Shown: piece by piece, positions 27,378 to 34,616 of the stretch
Layout of the letters: every line of letters starts with the position of its first letter
Position numbering within the stretch: position 1 is the first letter of the stretch
From: an uncultured Verrucomicrobiae bacterium
Lineage (GTDB): Bacteria; Verrucomicrobiota; Verrucomicrobiia; Chthoniobacterales; JAFAMB01
Direction: 5' to 3'
NCBI GenBank assembly: GCA_963762565.1
Contig: CAVXLD010000001.1
Coordinates: forward strand, 198,286 to 262,285
DNA length: 64,000 nucleotides
Position numbers and translations under genes: made by a program
Notes under the pieces: generated by a model
What the model saw: the letters and a program-made list of their open reading frames with translations, nothing else
What the model was told of the DNA's origin: nothing
Databases searched by the model: none

Positions 27378-28216
27378 GCGTCCTGCCAGTGCAACGCACG
27401 CTCGGAAACCCAGGCCAAGCATCCGTCAGTCGATTTTCCGCACAGAGCGAATAACAAGATGCTGGTGATCAAAGTGGCGGGACGACCGGTGGTTTGTCCA
27501 TCGATCAGCAGAAACCCGAGACCATGGGTTGCTCCCATGAATTCTGCTGCGACTACAAACATCCAAGCCAGACCTAAACTCTGTCGAAGCCCTACGAAAA
27601 TGGCCGGTAAACTTGCGGGGAGAAATATTCTTCGAGCCAAGCTCCACCCCTTGAAGCCGTTCACCAACGCAACCTCAACCAGTTTCCGGTCAACGCTACG
27701 GATGCTGCTCACGAGCGCCAGGTAGAGCGGAAAGAACGCCCCCAGCGCAATCAAGAGGATCTTCGAGGTCTCAAAAATTCCGAACCACAGAATGAAAAGA
27801 GGGACCCAAGCATACGAAGGTACGCTTCGAATCGCGTGAATGGTCGGGTTGAGTAATCGATACGCGGTTGAGCTAATGCCCGTAACGGTTCCGAGCACTA
27901 TCGCAACTGCGCTGCCTAGACCGAAGCCGCTGAAGACTCGGACAAAAGTGGCCCAGAGATGGACCCAGATCTGCCCGCTCCAAAGCAAACGATTGATTTC
28001 AGCCAGGATCTCGGTTGGCGAAGAAGTAATTGTCCGGTCTAACCATCCAAGGCGAGACGCCATTTCCCAGGCGGTTAGTGCGATTGCCGGAACCACAAAA
28101 CCAAGCAAACTCCATCGCCGGCGCCATTTGACAGGAGTCCGGACTCTATCTCTCGCAGTCTTAGATTCCAAGACATCGACTGGCTCAGCGGCAGGGAGCA
28201 GCGTAGAAGTCGCCAT
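27341..28216 (-). CDS. ABC transporter permease, NitT/TauT (SsuC/TauC-like) family
   Basis: BPD-transporter-type membrane protein. Start preferred at MATSTLL (28216), because the track start at 28255 lies inside element D1. The last ~12 codons are read from element F3. Confidence 0.85.
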   Translation of the reverse strand: MATSTLLPAAEPVDVLESKTARDRVRTPVKWRRRWSLLGFVVPAIALTAWEMASRLGWLDRTITSSPTEILAEINRLLWSGQIWVHLWATFVRVFSGFGLGSAVAIVLGTVTGISSTAYRLLNPTIHAIRSVPSYAWVPLFILWFGIFETSKILLIALGAFFPLYLALVSSIRSVDRKLVEVALVNGFKGWSLARRIFLPASLPAIFVGLRQSLGLAWMFVVAAEFMGATHGLGFLLIDGQTTGRPATLITSILLFALCGKSTDGCLAWVSERALHWQDAYQPNSPEARSE

Positions 28217-28230
28217 TTCTTGGTCCCCTC

Positions 28231-28524
28231 TTGTGTCCTGTCCCATAAGTAACATGGCTTTCGCCGTCGGCCAGTTGGCTGTTTTTCAAGGCGCGAGCGA
28301 AGCGCCCATATCTGGTTCATACGGGTCGAGCGAGCAACGCGGAAAAACAGCCAACTGGCCACGGCCCGGAGGGTTGCGATGAAAATGGGCCGGCGGCTGC
28401 GTTGCTCGTCGGTTACGTATCGATCAAGATATGCGCCCTCTACCGCCAGTCCGGCTCGGACCGCCTTGCCGGCGGCCCATTTTGATCGCAACGAAAGCCA
28501 TGTTACTTATGGGACAGGACACTA
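28231..28524. mobile_element. Family D MITE-like element, copy D1 (294 nt)
   Basis: About 33-nt TIRs: tgtgtcctgtcccataagtaacatggctttcg / cgaaagccatgttacttatgggacaggacacta. It fills the gap between the SBP stop (28522-28524) and the permease start (28216). About 96% identical to D2. Confidence 0.9.
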
Positions 28525-29649
28525 GTTGGCAGTCGCGATCCGATCCGCAAACGAGGGATCGAGCAATTCATTCACGATCCTGTCCACGTCGGTGTTGGGA
28601 TCGATGATTCCGTTCGCTTTCAAGGCGTTGGCGGAATCCAGAATAACCTGGCGCTGAGTCGCTCCGAGCCGCGAATCCTTCAGGTTGGTCCTTTCCCACA
28701 CCTTCTCCGCAACGGCCGGGCTTAATTGAGCCGCTGACTGTAGGATGGTACGCGCTTCGTCCGAATGATCCAGGCACCACAGGCGGGCTTTCTCATAAGT
28801 TCGGAGAACGCGCTCAGTAATATCCGGATGCTCGAAAGCGAAAGCTTCCCGTACGTTCAATACCCCGAAACTGTTCCAATCCGCTCGGCGAAAAAACAGC
28901 TTAAATCCCTTGTCGACCTCTAGCTGTGCCATGTACGGATCCAGCCCGGCCCAAGCATCGACCTGCCCCCGTTCCAACGCGACTTTGCCGTCGGGATGCT
29001 GCAAAGGTACAACCTGGATATCCTTTTCGCTCAACCCAGCGGAGGCGAGTGACCGCAAAAGAAAAATATGAGGATCAGTTCCGCGAGTCACGGCCACGCG
29101 TTTGCCACGCAGATCTTCGATCCGCGTTATTCCGGAGCTTGGGCTTGTTACCAGCGCGGTCCATTCGGGCGCAGAATAAACGTAAATCGCTTTGATTGGG
29201 TTGCCGTTTGCTCGCCCGATAAATGCCGCCGCTCCCGCGGTTGAGCCGAAGTCGACACTTTTGCCCCTTAGATACTCCAGCGCTTTGTTACTACCCAGGC
29301 TCTGCACCCACTCCACCTTGATGCCGCTTGAGCCCAGATCCTCCTCTAGCCATTTCTTGTCCTTGAGCACCAGGCTAATCGGATTGTAGTACGCCCAATC
29401 GACTCGAACGGTGTCGACGCTTCCGGCCTTGGAAAATTCGCCAAACCAGAGCGACCCAAACAAACACATAAGGGACAAAATCGAGCTCAGGCGACCTCGC
29501 CTCGGTGATGGCTTAGTTGTGTCACCGTACGCGCGAGGGGGATTGTACCTCGGGCTGCCATGCCTGGAAGATCGAAGTCGGACGGAAAGAATACTGTGCT
29601 GATAGGGTTTCACCCTCCCCATCTCTAGATGTAATCCGCCCGAACGCAA
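28522..29649 (-). CDS. ABC transporter substrate-binding protein, NMT1/SsuA-like
   Basis: Periplasmic-binding-protein pattern (VRVDWAYYNPISLVLK..., AVTRGTDPHIFLL). The start codon is uncertain, with several in-frame ATGs between 29469 and 29649. Confidence 0.8.
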   Translation of the reverse strand: MRSGGLHLEMGRVKPYQHSILSVRLRSSRHGSPRYNPPRAYGDTTKPSPRRGRLSSILSLMCLFGSLWFGEFSKAGSVDTVRVDWAYYNPISLVLKDKKWLEEDLGSSGIKVEWVQSLGSNKALEYLRGKSVDFGSTAGAAAFIGRANGNPIKAIYVYSAPEWTALVTSPSSGITRIEDLRGKRVAVTRGTDPHIFLLRSLASAGLSEKDIQVVPLQHPDGKVALERGQVDAWAGLDPYMAQLEVDKGFKLFFRRADWNSFGVLNVREAFAFEHPDITERVLRTYEKARLWCLDHSDEARTILQSAAQLSPAVAEKVWERTNLKDSRLGATQRQVILDSANALKANGIIDPNTDVDRIVNELLDPSFADRIATAN

Positions 29650-29688
29650 GCCGTTTCGCGCCTAGCGCAGGCGAGCCGGTCACGACTT

Positions 29689-29892
29689 GGAGGGGAGCCG
29701 CTTTGGAATTTTGCGGATCCGTAAGTTGGCAGCAAGCGGCTCCCGGGAACGGTCCAGGGCTGGGCAGCTCTGTGACGGCTTCAAATCGATGCTTGCAACC
29801 GGGTTCTTCCGCCGTGCCTCACATTGGGTAATTCCCGGGAGCCGCTTGCTACCAACCTACAGATCTGCCACGCTACAAAGCGGCTCCCCTCC
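29689..29892. repeat. Family B element, copy B2 (204 nt, double nested inverted repeats)
   Basis: Outer ggaggggagccgctttg (29689-29705) / caaagcggctcccctcc (29876-29892). Inner ttggcagcaagcggctcccgggaa (29726-29749) / ttcccgggagccgcttgctaccaa (29832-29855). Confidence 0.9.
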
Positions 29893-30018
29893 AGTCCTTG
29901 GGCGTGCGACGCCACCGGGCTGATTGCGATGACGAGAACGAAGATGATCGCGCCACAGTGATCACTCACTCCTTGCAAGCCCAGCAGCTCCAGGCCACGG
30001 TTTGGCAGACCTAAAGTT

Positions 30019-31053
30019 ATGATGAACTATCGTTTACTCGGTCGGAGCGGGCTGCGAGTTTCGGAGCTCTGCTTAGGAACCATGACCTTCGGGGAAGATT
30101 GGGGTTGGGGAGCTCCCAAGGATGAAGCACGGAAAATCTACGACGCGTTTCGCGAAGCCGGCGGCAATTTTATCGATACGGCTAACGTTTATACGCAGGG
30201 TTCGAGCGAAACCTTTCTCGGCGAGTTCTTTTCGGAACACCGTGATAGCGTGGTTCTCGCCACGAAATACACCAATGCGCTAACCACCAATGACCCGAAT
30301 GCCGGGGGAAACCAGCGCAAGAATATGATGCAAGCCGTTGAAGGCAGTTTGCGTCGCCTGAAAACCGATTACATCGACCTCTATTGGCTTCATATCTGGG
30401 ATCAAATGACGCCAGTTGAAGAAGTGATGCGCGCCTTCGATGACCTGGTTCGCCAAGGTAAAGTCCTTTATGTCGGCGTTTCCGATGCACCTGCCTGGTG
30501 GATCAGTAAAGCGAATACGATCGCTGAGCTCCGTGGATGGTCGCCCTTCGTCGGTCTGCAGATTGAGTATTCACTGATCGAACGTACGGTCGAACGGGAG
30601 CTGATTCCGGCAGCGAAACATCTTGGGCTCACGGTCACCGCCTGGTCACCTTTAGCGGGTGGCGTTCTCACCGGCAAATATGCGTCAGGCGAAGCCACCG
30701 ACTCCCGTTATTCTACCGAAATGATGAAACAATGGTTACCAGAGCAAACTCGGACTGCTCGCATCGTTGAGGCTCTTCAGAATGTCAGTAAACAGACCGG
30801 ACGGAGTAAAGCCCAGATCGCATTGGCTTGGCTGCGACATCGCGCCGTCCCGGTTATCCCTATTGTGGGCGCCCGCAAACTGACTCAGCTTGAAGACAAC
30901 ATCGCCAGTCTGACACTCACTCTCACTCCGGACCAACTGGCCTTATTGGATGAGGCCAGTCAGATCGAGCTCGGTTTCCCGTACCACTTCTACGCTAACG
31001 AGATGGTCCGCACGTTCGTGTACGGCGGTGTAAGGGACCACATAATCACGTGA
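30019..31053 (+). CDS. Aldo/keto reductase
   Basis: YRLLGRSGLRVSELCLGTMTFG, IDTANVY and LYWLH motifs. Confidence 0.9.
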   Translation: MMNYRLLGRSGLRVSELCLGTMTFGEDWGWGAPKDEARKIYDAFREAGGNFIDTANVYTQGSSETFLGEFFSEHRDSVVLATKYTNALTTNDPNAGGNQRKNMMQAVEGSLRRLKTDYIDLYWLHIWDQMTPVEEVMRAFDDLVRQGKVLYVGVSDAPAWWISKANTIAELRGWSPFVGLQIEYSLIERTVERELIPAAKHLGLTVTAWSPLAGGVLTGKYASGEATDSRYSTEMMKQWLPEQTRTARIVEALQNVSKQTGRSKAQIALAWLRHRAVPVIPIVGARKLTQLEDNIASLTLTLTPDQLALLDEASQIELGFPYHFYANEMVRTFVYGGVRDHIIT

Positions 31054-31345
31054 TTAGTGATTAGTGATTGGCGATGGCGCTGGTCGGGCGAGGCTCCCGA
31101 AAGAACTAAAGTCTCTAACGAAGATCCAGACGTTTCGGCCTGAAAGAGTTTGTTAGGCCGATCGGTGTGCCGAGCCGTGGTTCCGCGCGTAACCCGGCTC
31201 GGCGCGTTGCTAGAAGTAGCATGCCTTCTTAATTCGGAATGCGAAGGGAGATGGAAAATCACAGAGTCTTTCGGGAGCCTCGCCCTACCAACGGCGTCTC
31301 ATCCACCATCACCTCTCACCAATCACCAATCACTTCTCACCTTCT
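31051..31345. repeat. Family A element, copy A5 with inverted TGATTAG-type arrays
   Basis: The array starts on the aldo/keto reductase TGA stop. TIRs 31082-31101 / 31270-31289. Central hairpin gccgagccgtggtt-ccgcgcgt-aacccggctcggc. Right array atcaccaatcaccaatcact (to ~31345). Confidence 0.9.
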
Positions 31346-31348
31346 CCG

Positions 31349-31759
31349 TCACTCCCCGGCCGCGAGATAATCTCCTTCGACGTGCACAATCTCGATCAGA
31401 TTGTTGAACGGATCCCGAGTAAAAAACCGGGGACGAAATGGTAATGCCCTCGTTTCGATGATCTGGTAACCAGCTGCCTTGAGTCTTGTCCGATAATCAT
31501 CCAAATCATTGACCTCGATGCAGAAATGCGGGGACCAATCCCCCGGCACTGATCGTGCCTCCGGAACACAATGAAGCTCGACACCTTCTTCTCCGGTATA
31601 AAACCAAATCCAACCTAACGGTTTGACGACTTTAGGAATCGGCTTTTCCCGAAAGCCCATCACCTCGACATAAAATTTCCGCAAAAAGTTCTCCTCTCCT
31701 GGAGGAAAAATAATCGTGACATGCTGGAACTTTGGTGTCGCGGCGGTCGTCGTGCTCAT
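31349..31759 (-). CDS. VOC (glyoxalase/bleomycin-resistance/dioxygenase) family protein
   Basis: 136 aa. HVTIIF...HFCIEV paired beta-alpha-beta-beta-beta pattern. Confidence 0.7.
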   Translation of the reverse strand: MSTTTAATPKFQHVTIIFPPGEENFLRKFYVEVMGFREKPIPKVVKPLGWIWFYTGEEGVELHCVPEARSVPGDWSPHFCIEVNDLDDYRTRLKAAGYQIIETRALPFRPRFFTRDPFNNLIEIVHVEGDYLAAGE

Positions 31760-31937
31760 ACGCCAACATCTAGTGCGTCCCAGCGGTCTGCAAGCCTGCT
31801 GAGCAGCTTTACTTTTTGGCTAGTACTATTACTTGTTCCAGATTCGCCTAGCTGCCGCCGCCTCAGAGATGCGCTTGCGGAACTTGTCGCGCGGCGCCAC
31901 AGGCGGCCATGACAGTTTGAGAAAGGAATCAGTATCT

Positions 31938-32318
31938 ATGTATCCAACTCGATTAATTGAATACCAGGACGCCTCCGCCGAAGTCCGCCAGGTCTACGAT
32001 GACATCATGGCTACTCGCAAGGTCGACAAAGTGAATAATTTCTGGAAGGCGCTGGCCAACCATCCCACCACTCTGCGACGAACTTGGGAGAGCATAAAAG
32101 AGGTGATGACGCCAGGTGAATTGGATCCGTTAACTAAAGAACTAATTTATATGGCGGTGAGCGTTACGAACAACTGTGAATACTGCATCCATTCGCATAC
32201 TAAGGCAGCCACTAAGTTGGGCCTTTCCCCGCAAGCGTTCGGAGAATTGTTAGCAGTGATCGGCATGGCCAATGAGACCAATCGTTTGGCGAATGGCTAT
32301 CAAGTCCCGGTCGATTAG
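31938..32318 (+). CDS. Carboxymuconolactone decarboxylase (AhpD-like) family protein
   Basis: CEYCIHSH (CxxC...H) motif. ATG at 31938 preceded by GAAAGGA. Confidence 0.8.
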   Translation: MYPTRLIEYQDASAEVRQVYDDIMATRKVDKVNNFWKALANHPTTLRRTWESIKEVMTPGELDPLTKELIYMAVSVTNNCEYCIHSHTKAATKLGLSPQAFGELLAVIGMANETNRLANGYQVPVD

Positions 32319-32527
32319 CGTCTCAGGAGCGCGCTTGAGGCCTTGACCAGAAACAGCATCAACCAGAATGGCTCTCCGCTGGTTTGTATGCGGATCGCGT
32401 GCATTGGAAGGGTCCGCTGCAGGGGCAGACTTCGTGTTAATTCGCGTCAATTCCGCGGTTAACGACGTTGTCTTTTACCATCATATCGGCTACCTTAGTG
32501 AAGGTTGGTTAGTCAGGGGAAATTGGT

Positions 32528-33517
32528 ATGGACCGGTTTTTCGTTGAGACTAGACGGGTAAGAACGTATGTTCAAACCCGAGGGACGGGCGTGCCGCTCG
32601 TCTTTATCCACGGTGCTCTGTTAAACTCCGACCTGTGGACCCACCAAATCGAGACCTTCTCGGATCTATTTCAGGTTGTTGCCTACGATTTGCGTGGACA
32701 CGGACGCACTGGTCCGTCCGATTTGAAACGCTATACAACCGGTACTTTCGCCGATGATCTGGCCGAGATTCTCGACGCCTTAGAACTTAGCCGGCCGATC
32801 GTGTGCGGCCTCTCTATGGGCGGTATGATTGCACAAAGCTTTGCCGCCAAATATCCGGAGCGAGTGCGCGCGCTCGTGCTATGCGATACCGGGGTATCAA
32901 CCTGCCATTATTTAACCGACAGAATCTTGAACCAGGCCATCGGATTGGTGACACCGACAGCAACGCTTCTAGGGGTTCCAGAGTTCCGCCGGTTCACCCA
33001 TTTGGTCAACCAATGCTTCGGCGATCATAGTTGGGTGGCTCAGACTGAAAAAAGCATCAATTTCGTGGCGAAGGCTGTCGGAATGGTTAAGCCCCAAGAA
33101 GTCGCCAAGATCGTCACTGCTCTCCGGAAGTTTGACAGTTCTCCACTCTACCGGCCTAAGATCCCGGCACTGATTCTCAATGGAGAAAGCGATTCTCCCT
33201 TTATTCTTCGGCACGCTAAGATACTGCAGGATGCTTACGTAGGATCCAATTATCGAACCATTCCGAAAGCAGGCCATTTAGCAAACCTTGATAACCCCGT
33301 GATTTTTGATTTGAGGTTGTTAGAATTTTTGACGGAACTATCCGCTAAGCCAGCTAGAGAGTTTGCAGTGATGGCTTGGCTGGCCCACACTTTGGCTCGC
33401 GGGCGCAGCCTGATTCAAACTTTTACTTCCAAGAAAAGCTCGACCGTTCAGGAGTATAACGGGCCGCTCTTAGAGACGAAGGAGAGGAGTCAGGCACCAG
33501 ACCTGCGCCCTCGTTAG
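32528..33517 (+). CDS. Alpha/beta hydrolase
   Basis: PLVFIHGA oxyanion region and GLSMGG nucleophile elbow. Confidence 0.85.
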   Translation: MDRFFVETRRVRTYVQTRGTGVPLVFIHGALLNSDLWTHQIETFSDLFQVVAYDLRGHGRTGPSDLKRYTTGTFADDLAEILDALELSRPIVCGLSMGGMIAQSFAAKYPERVRALVLCDTGVSTCHYLTDRILNQAIGLVTPTATLLGVPEFRRFTHLVNQCFGDHSWVAQTEKSINFVAKAVGMVKPQEVAKIVTALRKFDSSPLYRPKIPALILNGESDSPFILRHAKILQDAYVGSNYRTIPKAGHLANLDNPVIFDLRLLEFLTELSAKPAREFAVMAWLAHTLARGRSLIQTFTSKKSSTVQEYNGPLLETKERSQAPDLRPR

Positions 33518-33564
33518 CACACTATTTCTACTCGCTGACGGCGATTCCTGCGGCTTCAGAACGT

Positions 33565-33858
33565 TAGTGTGCTGTCCCATAAATAACATGGCTTTCGCCG
33601 TCGGTCAGTTGGCTGTTTTTCAAGGCGCGAGCGAAGCGCCCATATCTGGTTCATACGGGTCGAGCGAGCAACGCGGAAAAACAGCCAACTGGCCTCGGCC
33701 CGGAGGGTTGCGATGAAAATGGGCCGGCGGCTGCGTTGCTCGTCGGTTACGTATCGATCTAGATATGCGCCCCTTACCGCCAGTCCGGCTCGGACCGCCT
33801 TACCGGCGGCCCATTTTGATCACAACGAAAGCCATGTTATTTATGGGACAGCACACTA
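33565..33858. mobile_element. Family D MITE-like element, copy D2 (294 nt)
   Basis: TIRs tagtgtgctgtcccataaataacatggctttcg / cgaaagccatgttatttatgggacagcacacta. About a dozen substitutions versus D1 and no indels. Confidence 0.9.
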
Positions 33859-33865
33859 GGAGCGC

Positions 33866-34351
33866 TCACTTGTCCAGGTTAGTCGGTTCTGTCAACCGAG
33901 TCGCTTGCTCTTTTTGAGCTTGCACCGTCAGTCGATCCAGGGCACCGGTACCCTCTGGCTGTTTTACGTCGGCCTCGCGATCCACCGATTTAGTATCCTT
34001 CGCGTCTTGCTGGTCCGGCTGCTTTTTATCACCGCTACGACCGCTATTTGTCGTCTGGGCTACGTGATTCTCGCCATCCCGAATTGTTGACGCTTCCGGA
34101 TCACGCCGGCGATTCTGCGGAGCAATGGTCGAGTGGAATGATCGATTTGCTGGGGTAATCGAGTGAAGACCATTGGCAGATCTGACATAAATCACTCGAT
34201 CTTCCCGACCGCCTACCACTATGACCCGCTTGACGATTACACGAGTTGCCACCGTCGGGACGGTAGGAACCTGATCGTCATCAGCCTTTGCAATTGCGCA
34301 TAGGCAAAGGCCCACGCTTAGCCCAGTTATAAGAAGTCGCGCTTTCTTCAT
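33866..34351 (-). CDS. Hypothetical secreted protein
   Basis: Start preferred at MKKARLLITGLSVGLCLCAIAKA (34351). The signal peptide resembles that of 43023-43940. The C-terminal half is charged and low-complexity. Confidence 0.5.
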   Translation of the reverse strand: MKKARLLITGLSVGLCLCAIAKADDDQVPTVPTVATRVIVKRVIVVGGREDRVIYVRSANGLHSITPANRSFHSTIAPQNRRRDPEASTIRDGENHVAQTTNSGRSGDKKQPDQQDAKDTKSVDREADVKQPEGTGALDRLTVQAQKEQATRLTEPTNLDK

Positions 34352-34492
34352 TAGATCTTCTCCAAATATCTGCATGCATCTCCGCGCCAACCGCCAAAGT
34401 CCTTGCCGGAGATCACCCAATCTTATTTCGCTTCCGCGCATCACCTTGGACTTGCATTGACATCGAGCAAACCGAAACCACCCACGCTCGCT

Positions 34493-34600
34493 CCTGAACT
34501 CCCCGACTCCGCAAAGCCTACGTCGCGGCAAGCCTTGAACTCCCCGACTTCGCAGAGCCTACGTCGCGGCAGGCCTTGAACTCCTTGAACTCCTTGAGCT
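34493..34600. repeat. Tandem repeat: 2 x ~40 nt followed by 3 x 9 nt
   Basis: cctgaactccccgactccgcaaagcctacgtcgcggcaag (34493-34532), ccttgaactccccgacttcgcagagcctacgtcgcggcagg (34533-34573), then ccttgaact ccttgaact ccttgagct. Confidence 0.85.
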
Positions 34601-34616
34601 ACCGTCTGCCTTGGGA

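Noticed and set aside
28075-28491. ORFs lying inside repeat elements: 28075-28491 (-), 27840-28382 (+), 24762-24944, 24767-24973, 25804-26007, 46699-46896, 46728-46949, 17055-17270, 29687-29923, 54843-55130 and 63261-63656
   Set aside because: They are read through palindromic or array sequence that is open by composition, giving peptides such as FGVRRSAFGV or HLSSVICHLSF. They differ between copies of the same element and have no recognisable domains or start-site context.
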